Below, piece by piece: positions 1 to 12,774 of a DNA stretch of 64,000 nt (positions are counted from its first letter, which is position 1; each line of letters starts with the position of its first letter). Under the pieces are notes generated by a model that saw only the letters and a program-made list of their open reading frames with translations, was not told the origin of the DNA and searched no databases. A program made the translations under genes and the position numbers. This DNA is from Lingula anatina (lineage: Eukaryota > Animalia > Brachiopoda): the NCBI GenBank assembly GCA_051362555.1, contig CM120647.1, positions 4,712,001-4,776,000 of the forward strand, given 5' to 3'.

Positions 1-1237
1 ATTGTTAATAACAAATATGGCACAGACACTGCTGTCTGTAGATGGCGCCAGTCTCGCAGACAATAGGCCATTCCCGTAGCGACCACTCCACCTCCTGCAA
101 ACATGAGGGCCAATCCTGTTCCCGTCATCACCCGTCTGTGCGGACCAACCATCTCCAGTGCTAAAATGAAACCATACTGATAAGTAGGCAATTTTCACGA
201 CGACCGGTGTAACGAAACTGTGGAGCTGTGTAACAGAGGGTCCGACGCTCTCCTTTTAGTTATAATGGTTAGGGTTAGCCTGACCTAAGTGGGTCATAAT
301 CTAGGACGTGGCTTACATGTACAAATGAATGCGCAGGGGACTCTCTACCATAGAGATCTCTCTGTCCCGTTACACAGGTAATTTTTTTTTTTTTTTTGTA
401 TCGAACCAGTTTTTTTTTCGTTTGTTCAGGAAAATGAGGTTGGACTTTACACCCTTAAAAGTCACAATCGTTAGTATAATCCCAGATCTATAGCCATTGG
501 GTTCCGGGGAGAGGGTGGTGGTGAACAAACCGTACTTACGCCAGGGAAAATATCCGCTCTGGGTTAAAAAAAAAAAAACGAAGGTTAAGAGACCATTTCC
601 ACGGATATTTGGATCGATCTATCTCCCTAGGCGTCTCACTAAATTGCTGTCAACTTGACCTGCTTAATTGTCTGTCACGCCTAGTAAAGCTGATAGGGGG
701 TGATTATCTTTACCCCAAGTTGATTCGGTAGGCGTAACAAACAATTAAGCTTCTTGAGCAGAAAGCAATTGAGCGTGAACCCCCAGGGAGTTAGGTCGAT
801 CTAGATGGATCGATCTAAATATGACAACCCAAGCTTAAAAGCACCGCTTTTATCAGCAAATTACCCCGGACTTGCTGGCTATGGACCTGAATCATGTAAA
901 TTGTCCGTATGGATCGTCTCGGGAGTTTCGTTTTAGTGGATCTCTTTCATATTGATTTGTCTATCAATCTGTGAACCTCACAAACTGGTACCACACAGAT
1001 AATCGTGCTGTTGGATGTACATGAGAAACGTGCGTTTCATACATTTGGCATAATTCTTTCAAAAATGGTGGGAGTGGTATTTCACACCGCACAGACTCTA
1101 GATTAGTTGCTATAACTGTCAGCAATCACAAGTGCTTTACCCCCCCCCAAAAAAAAAAAAATAATAATAATAATAATAATAAAAAAGCACATGTATGTCA
1201 ATTAATGAGGAAGTTGGTAATTGTTCTAAGCTTGACT

Positions 1238-1275
<38 letters not shown>

Positions 1276-2353
1276 ATGTGTGTGCGTTGGTGTGTGCACG
1301 CCAGATAAACTTACTAAAAGTACTGGCCAGACAGTACACTCCGCCAAATCCCAATCCGTAGAAAAATCTCAATACAAGGCCCAAGATATAAGAGGGTGCA
1401 AATGCCCAACCAATTCCCGCCAGTCCACCGAGGCCTAGTCCTAGCAGCAACCCCATCCTTCGTCCAGCTCTGAAATGTCCATGCATTTGTAAATTGGATT
1501 TTGTACATTTCAAGCTCTTCCTCGCCTTTTTTTTCAATAAATTCTCTTAAAGGCCAAATAGATAAGTGCATTGACTTCGTTTTTATTGTTTTTTTAATGG
1601 TACTTCGTTATTTCAATATGGTTTTACACTGGCCTTATATGGACAGACCAAAGCAGCGTTCCCGTCGGAACTATTGGTAATCAAGAAATGCTTGTAATAC
1701 TTACATGTCGGCTATGGCACCACTTAAGACACCTGCTATCAAAACGCCTAGCACGTTTATTATGTGGGAAGTAGTCAGTTTTGATTTGCTGTCGCAAACA
1801 AGACTAAACTGAATAGAAATAATTGAATGGCATAAGATAATGTCATTATTCTAACGTATACATGATTCCAAGTAAAAAAAAAATTAAATAAATAACAAAA
1901 AATTACACTGACATAATTTGAGGTTATATACTAAAAAAAAACATCATGAAATAGCACCTGTTAAATGAACTTTGAGACTGTAATATTTATGACTCAATAG
2001 GAAAGTAAACTCCTTGAACTTAACCGCATACTTGTTTATTATATTCCTTACAAACAAAAACATTAAAAAAGGAAGAAAGAAAAACAAAAACTTGGACAAG
2101 GTATATGACGTACATACCTGCATTGGATAAGAATATGTAATATAGGTGGTATCATATACCCATTCTGTACATTTCTCAGGCTCTGTCCCGTCTTGGCCGA
2201 CATTGACCTGGTGGCTGATATTGTGAAATACGGTACATTCGTCATCAGTGACATTCATGAACGAGATGTCGACCATCCTTTGGTGCCATTCTCCCTGGAT
2301 TTCAAATGTGTCATTTTGCAGGTCTGGTAGCTTGCACCTAAAAAAAAAGAAAA

Positions 2354-2402
<49 letters not shown>

Positions 2403-2972
2403 AATTAAATAGTAATAAAAAAGCACTGCAACTGATGTAATCGGGTTTATGCATGATGCACATATTACTCAGCGTTTTGAACAAACCATTGATATTCCAC
2501 ACTGGCAGAACAATTTCCTTCTTGGACAATTTCTGATATGCCAATATCTATTTTAGCTAACTCATTTTATTCTTTGACTTTACAAATTTACCTTTTTTTA
2601 TTTTACATTTTGATGCATATACCTTATAAAGTTTTATTTTATGAATGTTGCAGTACGCCAGGCCTATTTCCCCCCTTTTTTTCCCTTACTTTTCATGTCT
2701 TCTAAGCAGTAGTGTCCAGGCAAACAATGCAGATTTAAGCTATGATGTTCATGAAAACATTCTCTGCTGCGGCCAACGTACCTGAAGGTTGGTGTGTCCT
2801 CGATAAAGACGATGGCGGTGTATACCATGCTTGACAATACTGCGCCTGCCAAGAGAAGTATATAAAGCAACTTTTGGTACGTCCCGAATTCTCCAATCAT
2901 CACGAGGATGTCATCGTAATCTGTTGGGTTGTCTTCTGGTTCTTCCTCACTTTTTCTTTCCTCTTCGTCCAT
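1..2972 (-). CDS. SLC22-family organic cation/anion transporter, paralogue A (5' exons only; gene continues off the left edge)
   Basis: GT-AG exons 2972-2782 (191 nt), 2337-2118 (220), 1808-1705 (104), 1469-1315 (155) and 160-<1 stay in frame. Motifs: [48 protein letters not shown]. Confidence 0.92.
205..378. mobile_element. short dispersed repeat/MITE (CCGGTGTAAC...GTTACACAGG termini)
   Basis: Short terminal inverted repeat; a related copy lies at ~24910-25059, sharing ATGGTTAGGGTTAGCCTGA and GGCTTAC-TGTACA-ATGAATG. Confidence 0.55.
590..822. mobile_element. GATCGATC-type MITE family copy
   Basis: Similar to copies at 4385-4606, ~10845-11100, 22151-22367, ~27270-27500 and ~52655-52900; subterminal TAGATCGATC motifs. 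Confidence 0.6.
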
Positions 2973-4384
2973 TGTTCAGTCTCCCATTTACAGCTGCTTT
3001 AAATCAAAAAAGAGATAGGGAGAAGTAAACCAACGGGACGCATCCGTGATAGCCTGCAGACTTTCACCTTAGGGCGCACTCACATTCATCGTCGCACTAT
3101 AGCTGAGTTGGTCCAGCTCTGAGGGGATTAAGTGGAATAAGTTTAATCAGCACATGATAGTTAATTACACCCTAGCTGCTCGAGGAGCCGATTTCACTGA
3201 ATGATCTTTAGCGAGAATCCCCCGCAGAGTGGTAGAGACCCAGCTAGTGCGATGTCTGAATCTGAATACTCCAAACCAAGCGAGATTTTAAGGACAGTAG
3301 GTTAAAGACATCGTTGTGTATTGCTTTAAATTGCTTTCCAAAACACTAGCCCTCGGACGTATAATTTCACCATTATTGTTAACAAATAGCCACGCTGATG
3401 ATCCTGGCACGTTTTATATTCGTATAGAAAAAAAAAACATTATTGCTGTGTTCCACATATATAACCCTGTGTCTCGCAATACTTCAGTTTATAAGTTTAC
3501 ATTTAGATAACATTGTTCAGCAATCTGATGTTTCTTTGACCTTTTAAACTCTCTATTGTATACATTATTCGAAGTGCATAACACCACTAGCACATACACT
3601 GACAAACGAAGACATTTGAAACAAAACAATGCTAATTTGAGGAACTTGAGCTTCAAGTTCTTTATGTAATGTTCTTAAGGTGGGGACCTTTTTCTGTAAT
3701 TTTTTAACACTCTTAAATGATACAACTTGAAGCATCCATAAAACATTATACATGTACAATTCGATTTGATTTGAATTTTCGTCGCCAGAAATGAAGGTTC
3801 TTTCGAATCCACCGCACCACTTCGTCCTTAACGGACCTTATATATGTTGCATCTACGTTTCAAAACACACCAATGCTAGACATTACTAAGAACATTATTG
3901 CAGTGACGCCACAACTCCAAGAGCTACTACTAACGGGCACTACAGAGCGTCCGTGGAACGTATCCACTATACCTTACCTCTGTTCAAGCTAGTCCTCTTA
4001 TAAACTGAGGTAAAACAATACATTCTAAGAACATGCCCTTTATAAATAACAAGATATAAATGAACTGACCTGATACCATCAACAAAATAGGCCAATGGCA
4101 TTTTACATACCATTCATGACCATTGCATTCCAGGCACGTTACATTTTTTGTGTCTTTCTGACACAGCACCCAAATCCATAGTGATAGAAAGACTGGCGCG
4201 CATATAGCATGCGTGCTCAGTGAGTGAAAATTCAAGGACAGGACATTAGGGCAAATAAGTTCATATTGGGGCACGTCCGTGACGCCCTTCCTTTGTGTTA
4301 TTTAGGATACAAATTGACTTGCCCGATCATTTTCCCTTTTTTTTGATACAGTTGTAGCACCCTCCAAGAAACCAACCGTATATA

Positions 4385-4606
4385 AGACCCCATTTCCAGA
4401 GATTAGATCGATCCAACTAGATCGACCTAGCTGCGTGGGGGTTCACGCTAAATAGCTGTCAGCCGAGCGGGCACGAAAGTTAATTACCCCCTTACAGCTT
4501 GTACGTGTAGTAGACGGGACGGGCATTTAAGCCGGATTATCTGACAGTTATCTAGTGAGACTCCCCACGGGGATAGATCGATCTAAGATATATGGGAATG
4601 CACCCT
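4385..4606. mobile_element. GATCGATC-type MITE family copy
   Basis: Highly similar to 22151-22367 over ~220 bp; imperfect inverted termini. Confidence 0.7.
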
Positions 4607-4688
4607 AAATGGCATGGAAGAAAAGTGAATGTCGAATAAGAGAAACAAATTATCATGTACAATTATTATGTAAAAGAAAGTATTCGGA

Positions 4689-4760
4689 TAGCAGAGCTAG
4701 GTTTCGATCCCAGGACCTCGGGGTTATGGGTCCCGCACGATTCCACTGCGTCACTCTGCT
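4689..4760 (-). tRNA. tRNA-iMet(CAT), eukaryotic initiator type, variant or possible pseudogene
   Basis: 72 nt, AGCAGAGTGACGCAGTGGAATCGTGCGGGACCCATAACCCCGAGGTCCTGGGATCGAAACCTAGCTCTGCTA. A1-U72 pair, ATCGAAA T-loop typical of iMet, CAT anticodon and a downstream T-rich terminator. A31:C39 and C13:U22 mismatches. Confidence 0.88.
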
Positions 4761-5052
4761 TCTTGAAAACGTTTAGCGAGGACAAACACTGCCCTTAGGT
4801 TGATACACAAAAAATTCTCTCCATTCTGTGGACAGATATTTAAAGCTCCCCTTTGAAACTAAATAGTTTATATGCTGGGATATACGCCGTCCACAATTCA
4901 ACACACTTATCTATCAGAAGTCCTCAATTTACTCAGGACAAAGAATGGATCAGCTGATGATTTCAATCCGCCATGAAACAAGATCTTTCCCAGATGAAGA
5001 CAGTGTTTAAGTATTTGTCTTGTACGCAGTGAAAATATATAGACATACTTTA

Positions 5053-5394
5053 TTAGGTATGTATGGGTTTTACGGAGGGCTGTAGGACTGGCTTCGGAAT
5101 ATCTGCGTGAATTCTCTCGGAAATTTCCCGTAAGCAGTCAGCACACGTTTCCTCCACCTCTACGAACCAAAGTTGAGCCGTTTCAATGGCGTCGTCGTCG
5201 TTGTCTAAGGTATCGATGTAAGCGTTGTTTGCCGTTTCGCATTCTGCCTTTAATGCAGTCACTTCTTCTTCAATCTGATATAGCCTATGAGTGATTGTCG
5301 TTTCTTCTTGAATCATCTGCCTTGCTTTTAATACTCGTTTTGTGAAAGAAGCGAGGCGTCCCGTTCTTGCGGCTTTCAATCTTCTCTCCTCCAT
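5053..5394 (-). mobile_element. truncated BEL/Pao-like LTR retrotransposon gag N-terminus
   Basis: ORF MEERRLKAARTGRLASFTKR...ANNAYIDTLD...AQLWFVEVEE resembles the helical N-terminus of BEL/Pao gag. It ends abruptly and a tandem array lies upstream. Confidence 0.55.
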
Positions 5395-5426
5395 GCCGTT
5401 GGGTGTTGATATCCGGCTCGATCTAC

Positions 5427-5612
5427 GATCTACCGACCCACGGCTCAGCAGCTACTCGTCTCAGTGGCCAACGGCACGATCTACCGACCCACGGCTCTGC
5501 AGCTACTCGTCTCAGCGGCCCACGGCACGACCTACCGACCCACGGCTCTGCATTACTCGCCTCAGCAACCCACGGCATGATCTACCGACCCACGGCTTAG
5601 CAGTACCTCGTC
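5427..5612. repeat. ~51-bp tandem repeat, about 3.7 copies
   Basis: Unit GATCTACCGACCCACGGCTC..GCAGCTACTCGTCTCAG..GC..ACGGCAC starts at 5427, 5478, 5529 and 5579. Confidence 0.9.
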
Positions 5613-5871
5613 TACTTTAGTGACTTAACGGTATCAATTTTTTTCATTTTTATATCTAATTTATTCAGCATTTTCTGTACAGTTTTTTTTCGTCATACTA
5701 AAATTATTATTTATTTATTTATATCCGCTCTTGTTGTTTTTTAATCTTCAAAAATATCCTCAACATCTAGAAAAAAATGTAATTTACAAGGCAACTGTGA
5801 CAACAAAAAAACAAAATAATACATTGGAAGATCTGAATGTGAATTTAATTAAAGATACAATAACCCAATAA

Positions 5872-5929
<58 letters not shown>

Positions 5930-6269
5930 TTATTGGGTTATATATATGCAGACTTGACATTTAATATGGAATATTTTTCCAAGTCATTTTTCATCAGTTT
6001 TTTTCCTATTGTGCTGACTGATAAATGAAAATAAGGATTAAAATCGTGTTTTAATAACTTTAAATTATCTCTTTGATGTCATGGTGACATCAGCTCACTG
6101 GTTGAATTCGACATTGAAGCAAACAGAAATTCATTGCCTATTCTATGCCATACGACATCCACTAAAAGAGATATTTTGGATCTCCATATTTTCCAAATCA
6201 TCGTCTGTAAAAGAGTTACACGCTCCACAAAGGACCCTCATGTCAATGTCTAGTCATAGTAACGGTCGC

Positions 6270-7210
6270 TGTTACGCCTGGCCTCTTCTATCTGTTACCT
6301 GCTCTCTCAAGCGGCAAGGCATTCCTTGGGATAGGTTTTAAGAGTTCAATCTGGAATATTATCCCAGGCATCACTCCAAAATTGTCCAATTTGGTCCAAT
6401 TTTGATGTAGGGCATGTACATGTAGGCAGTTGATTCGGCGAGTAATGGCTTACCCACATATTGTCTATGTGGTTCAAATGTGGCGATTTTGATGATCAGA
6501 GTAGCTGCTAATTCCCTTGGTTCTGTAAGTTATCTGCTATTAAAAGTGCTCTGTGTAAACCAGCAATCTCACCGTGCAACCTAAAATTGTTCCTAAGGTG
6601 CCCCCTATCAAATGATAGTCAAGTGGTTGCCAGATTATTCCTTTATTTGATCTGGTTCAGGTTTTCGTCAATGACTACCATTGGTGTTTTGGCACCAATG
6701 TGGTATCCACTCCAAATACTGACGCTGTCGATGACCTGTGTCACTTAAGGCGCGGCACATGCTTCGTCGTAGGCCTTTTCTGGATGTCTGTTAACTCTGT
6801 TTTGACTAGTTGGGCGGTACAGGTGAAATCTGACCTCAATAAAGAAAGCCACGTGGTTTCAGTGTTCTACACAGAAACGGTCATGGCCCCCAATTCATTA
6901 GAGAAACAGACGACGATGTTTTGCTGTTTACAGTGGGTATCTCGGAGGTCGTCTGGTATTCTAACCTGCTAAAACCAGTTTGGTGTTCGTTAAGGGTCTT
7001 GAAAAACGCATTTTGGTGGCAATTTACCCCTCGTTCTGAACAGACTGGGTGGCTTTTGTTTAGTTGCAGCTGCATATCCCGAAAGACAGTGCGTCCTGTA
7101 TCCTGGAGGTATGATTTCGATGCATTGGGTGTGACATCTGTGTAGGTACATCAGTCTGGGCATTACTCTATAACACTGTGCAGGCCGTTCCGTTTGGCGC
7201 TGTTATCTGT
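6270..7210 (-). pseudogene. degenerate Tc1-like (DD34E) transposase
   Basis: Minus-strand translation with stops and frameshifts gives HVAFFIEVRFHLYR...SVSIWSG...KTPMVVIDENLN...NNFRLHGEIAGLHRA...KSPHLNHIDNMW...WDNIP...MPCRL. These match the Tc1 motifs VLFSDESRF, DNAxxH, SPDLNPIENxW. Confidence 0.75.
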
Positions 7211-8451
7211 CTGGTAATGTCTATCTTTTTCACGCCAATCTGTCACAAATTAACAAATTTGTAAAGCACTACTTAGCTCATTTTACGCACTGCAAAACTG
7301 ACCGCTTGCATGCAAAATTTCAAATTCTTCTATGTAGTATTTGCCAACATACGGATACTTTTTTGACAGAACCAAGCTTTGCCTAAGCCAAGCCCTGACC
7401 AGCCCAGGAACACCACCCAATTAAATCACTGCGTATTACATAATGTAGCAGCGCAACAGACATGGAAGTCAGTTAATTGGTAGCGACACACCTGACTACA
7501 CAATTCTCCATTTACAAATCTTATATGAGATCGGAGTTTTTTTGAAAAAAGAACAGATTTTTACCTAGACATACCTTCGAAACTGAAATATTCCATATTA
7601 AATGTCAAGTCTGTATATTGAAAATCCGCTCCTCGAAAAATTATATATATAACAGCGTGCTGTACAGATCTGCTTAACAAAATGTTTAATTGGGTAACGT
7701 GAGTACGGAATGGACTGGAGACGGTTGGGTTGTCATTTATTTTTCACGAAAATATATCAGATATTTTTATACTGCCCTTGAAAGAGCAAAGAGTGAAAGA
7801 TACCGTAATTTTATACAAATTGGGCTGGGAAATATCTAAAAGGAGCAAAGGGCTATTGCACCAACATATTGTTGATGATTTTACGGTTCGATTATATTTT
7901 AATAAGCCAAGTTCAAATAAATAGAAGGAATTGCAGTGTAATTGCCAAATTTAGGCCACGCATTACATAATCTAGCTATAGAAACTAGAAGGTAAACCCA
8001 GATAGTAGACACAAATAAAAATTAAGAACCTGTAATCTATGTACTTTAAATGACATCGAGGATGAATTTCATTTTATTCTTAAATGTCCTTGCTACAGAA
8101 CGATTGGGCAGAAATGCATCAGAAATGTAATTATACAAAGCAAACTGGTTTCAAACAAAACAAATTGTTTCACTTAACAATGTTACACAATAAACAACTC
8201 AGGTAAGTACTTAAGGCGTGGTGCATCGGAGTTAAGATGAATGTCAGTCTGATGAGTTTTTTTTATCGTTACTATTAGTAGCTGTAGTATGTGTATTGTT
8301 GTTGATATGACTTTATATGTTTACTGCATTTCATTTTGATGAGCCGACGGACTCAAGGGTTTTATAAATTGAATTGATTGAATTAAAGAAATAACATGGA
8401 CCTCTTACTGAATGACCAAAATACCCTCAAGTCATTTGAATGCAGTATTTT

Positions 8452-8753
8452 AGATCGCATTCACAACGAGTTGAGCCGGGCTTTACAAATCCTGGGACTA
8501 AATATGGCGGACGTACATGAAAGAAAAACCGCCTAATCTTTTAATAGTCTTCCCGCCTCTCACACGCCTCCCCATGTGTCGTCCTAATGGAGCCGAGATT
8601 TAATGACTGTACCCCCGCAGGGACGATGCGTGGGGAGGCGTGTGAGAGGCGGAGAGACTATTAAAAGATTAGGCGGTTTTTCTTTCGTGTACGTCAGCCA
8701 TATTTAGTCCCAGGATTTGTAAAGCCTGGCTCAACTCGATGTGAATGCGGTCT
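8452..8753. mobile_element. foldback MITE with ~120-bp TIRs (copy 1)
   Basis: AGATCGCATTCACAACGAGTTGAGCC...GGCTCAACTCGATGTGAATGCGGTCT; near-perfect long inverted arms around a ~60-bp core. Confidence 0.9.
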
Positions 8754-8845
8754 TACACTAGCTGGGATAACCGTAATTAAATGCCAGTTAAATAATTGAA
8801 TAGACAGGCACCTGGCTTCCCAAGGATATAAACCCCTCCGGTAAA

Positions 8846-9060
8846 GCCCCCTTTACACTGGACGGCGTCCCTTCTGCGTCCAGCAGTTCGGCCCCATTTG
8901 AGAGTTAAAGAATTATAATACTTTACGTGCCGACAACTGGCCGATCATTGAGCATTCATTCTGATACCAATTATAAATCAATGCTCGTGCCTCCTTATTA
9001 AGACCACAGCGATGCCAAATTTCATGGTCGCAGAAAGGACGCCATCCAGTGTAAAGGGGG
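8846..9060. mobile_element. MITE, CCCCCTTTACACTGGACGGCGTCC TIR family (PIF/Harbinger-like)
   Basis: ~30-bp TIRs; related copies at 19200-19421, 39245-40170 and ~53802-54018; TAA flanks. Confidence 0.8.
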
Positions 9061-9633
9061 TGTTAGAGAGGGGAATGGGTATGAATTGTTATCAGTATTT
9101 TGAGCAGTCATCTTACAGGTAGATAATGGTAGCTCAATTTGACAGCTTACTGAAGTGCCTCTCACCTCCGGTGGCACGATTGTTGTCACCGGACCACGTG
9201 ATTACGTCATTAACTCCCAGACCTAGCTAAAAGAGTGGTGTTTTGAAGCTCAGACTTCACAAAATTACCTCCAAATTTGTGTATTTTGATAAAGATATCA
9301 TTAGCTGGGCATGTTTTCTGAAGAATATACTCCGTTCAGGCCGTTCTGACGGCCTGGCGATAAAGCTTTAATACTACATCTAACCCTAACCTGTACTAAT
9401 CATATGGATCCCTGGACTTCCATTCCTAGGACTACCATTCCTGTCACAACAGAACCGCGCGAATTAAGCAATGAATAAAAATCACAAGTGGGCTCGAAAT
9501 ACGGACACCGTTATATTAATTGTACAATTATTTTAATCTCTCAGATGATCATAAGCATAGCAAGTTGCATGTCAGTATAATGGAAGTTGGTTTAAAATGC
9601 ACATGAAGTTAAAATATGAAAGAAATATGTGCC

Positions 9634-9673
<40 letters not shown>

Positions 9674-9957
9674 GCCATTTATAACTTTGCAGAATTACAC
9701 CGTCCAGCATAAATAATATACTGTCACCTGAGACGCTATATGCCAGAGCACCTCGAGCCTTAGCGAGAGGTGTTAAAGACATGCACTGTTATCACTAGAG
9801 GGTGGCAGTGTATTATTTGAAATACATACAAGAGAAAGAACCTCTTAAATACCCGTAAAATCGAATAAACTTTAAATAGCCATTGTCACATGGTATCTCT
9901 AGGTATGTATACGAATAAAGGGTTAAGTCCTTTATATCATTAATGTTATGGAGAGGA

Positions 9958-10221
9958 CCCGCAATAAAACGCAGTAGACTACTGCAATCATACTGCAAAC
10001 ATACTTCAAATCTGCTTCGATTTGGGAGCTAATTAGCATATTTGAAACATGCTTCTATCACGCTGCTAATCTACTGCATTAATGCTCCTCTGTACAAACC
10101 TATGTACTTTTTGGAGTAGAATTGCAGTAGGCTATGCTGAATTTCTACTGCAAATATGCTCCACACCATTACTGCGATAATGCTTTTTTGCTACTTCGAT
10201 ACTACTGCATTTTCGTGCGGG
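9958..10221. mobile_element. MITE with CCCGCA..AAA / TTTCGTGCGGG termini and internal CTACTGCA repeats
   Basis: Second copy at ~45275-45553 with high similarity. Confidence 0.7.
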
Positions 10222-11280
10222 GATATTGAACTAACTTAGGTAACCAATCAGAATGTGATTGTGTGTTACGTCATCAAACAATGAAACGGAGGTGACAATT
10301 GGCCATTCCCCTAACTAAACGTAAGTGTCCAAGCGAGGCACCCACTCCCTACTGCCTACGGACGTTAAGAGACAACTACGAGGAACGTTGGATATTTGTT
10401 TTAACAGTTTTAAAAGGGCTAAAACAGCGGAAGAGACACCCGACACAACACACAAGAGTTAAATATTTTGGTAAGTGTACCTACATTGTAGTTTCTAATC
10501 TATTTATTTTGTTTGATTAACGTAGCAAAATGACGCCAAACGATCTGATGGTGGAGCACTTTCATTTCAAAACAAAAAAAATAATATGAGCTCCATGAAA
10601 TAAATGTGTGTATGTTTCTGTGTCTGTATGTATGTCCATGTTACTCCTTCCCACCCTCAGTAATTGAGTACACGCACAACAAACGTTGTCCCGTGAGGAG
10701 ACGTAACTCCCATTTACGTAGCTCGTCACTCCCATTAGTCACATAATGTTTTCCGAACCATCAAATTACAGCTTTAGAAATCTCGTCTGCAGATGACGGG
10801 ACTTTTAAGCGATTTTCCACGAAGGCGAATTTGACATTTCCGTGACTGGGTTCCCATCCCTAGACCGATCTAATAGGATCGGTCCATCTCCGAGGGGTTT
10901 CTCGCTGAATTGCTTTCAGATTAAGCGGCTTAGGTGTCTGGCACGCCTATTGAAGCTTCTAAACGATAACGGATTACCCCATAATAGCCTCAGTAGATGT
11001 GACCTACATCTAAGCCTCTTAAGTTGATTGCACTTAGGCAATAATCCGCCCGGAGACAAATTGATCTACAGTCTGTACGATACGGTCTGGGAATGGTCCC
11101 TATGTTTACTGTTTTAGTTAACATACCGCACGACTGAGTCTTTTGAAAATGTTGCTGGAGATAAATACCGTAGTTTTATATAACTTCAAATGTTTGGTTG
11201 AAAGGGGTTAAAAAGAATAGGGCGGAAGGTAGAGAGAGCGCATACAAAATTGACACATTTGGATTGAATATATCTGTCTT

Positions 11281-11582
11281 AGACCGCATTCACATCGAGT
11301 TGAGCCAGGCTTTACAAATCCTGGGACTAAATATGGCGGACGTACATGAAAGAAAAACCGCCTAATCTTTTAATAGTCTCTCCTCCTCTCACACGCCTCC
11401 CCACTCGTCGTCCCTGCGGGGGTACAGTCATAAAATCTCGGCTCCATTGGGACGACACAAGGGGAGGCGTGTGAGAGGCGGGGAGCCTATTAAAAGATTA
11501 GGCGGTTTTTCTTTCATGTACGTCCGCCATATTTAGTCCCAGGATTTGTAAAGCCTGGCTCAACTCGTTGTGAATGCGATCT
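11281..11582. mobile_element. foldback MITE with ~120-bp TIRs (copy 2, core inverted relative to copy 1)
   Basis: Near-identical to 8452-8753 in reverse orientation. Confidence 0.9.
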
Positions 11583-12774
11583 TTTATTAGTAAGTCGATG
11601 GGTTCGTTTCGGTCGATAGGCTTTACAAACGATACCCTCACTCTCCATTCCGACATGTACGTAATGTCCCGTGCCTGTGAAAAGAAAAATTAAGATAATT
11701 TAAAGACATTAAGGCTGCGCACCACTAGTATCTTATAGGTAGGCTTCTTTCGGTTAAAAGGGTACCTGACTTCAGATTTTGTTAATTATTTATTGCATGT
11801 CATTTCTATCGGAGGGAAGCGTGTCAGGTGTCATGGCGACTTACTCAGTTGTCCTTCTGAGGTAAAAACAAACATATTTTGTTACATGCGATAATCGATT
11901 TAGGATTCTGTCATGTCAGCTTCACCTTCCACTACGAGCAGCGTGACCTGAAAGTATCTGGGCCAAATTCCAGCACAGCAGTACATTTAAGAGACACGGT
12001 AACACATTATTTTTCTTATAAACCATGTCCATGTCCATGTATACCCGTTTTCCTTTGACATGAAATCTTACAATGAATTAATTAATACCGCCAGGGTGTT
12101 TATCATAGGAATTAAGATATTATTTATTGTAGGTCTGTCGATATTACGATAGATTCTTGTTCTCACCGATTATATTCAATTGGGGAGCAAATGGGGGCCC
12201 ACAAGTCCTGAAAGTCATTTTTTTTTTTTTTGTATAAAAAGCATGGGTCGTATGTTTAGTCCTTGGTAGAGAGGAACCGAGTTTATTTTACATGCCGTTT
12301 GTTCGTAATTCTAGTTCAAATATAATAATCAAATTATATCGAACCGCCAGATGTTGTTTGTCTGCTCTTGTTTTCGTCAAAAGAATTAAATAAATAACTT
12401 GTATTTCACCTTCACTGCGAGTTAGAATAAATAATGCTGTGCGTTTCCACGGCTTGAAATAGAATGTGCAAATGTATTCAGTCTTTATAACATCACATGA
12501 CTATGATCACTAACCTAAGTCTGTGTAAAGGTAAGGACAGGTACACCAAAAGCGGATTGTTTACTCAACCTTTGATCTATAAATACATTGTTTACGTCAC
12601 TACGTTAGTCATCAGTCAGGTAGATTCTGTAGCAGGCCAGCGACAGCTTCTCTACATGTGGTTACTCAAAATTAATATTTCAGTGCCATTCTTCGGTAAG
12701 TTTTTTTCCCTACAATTCTATCAGTATTTATTTTGCTGTTCTACATTCAGTTATTCAGGAAAAGAAGTCTAAAC

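Noticed and set aside
5427-5612. Possible CRISPR-like array
   Set aside because: The whole 51-bp unit is repeated, with no unique spacers and no cas genes, in a eukaryotic context.
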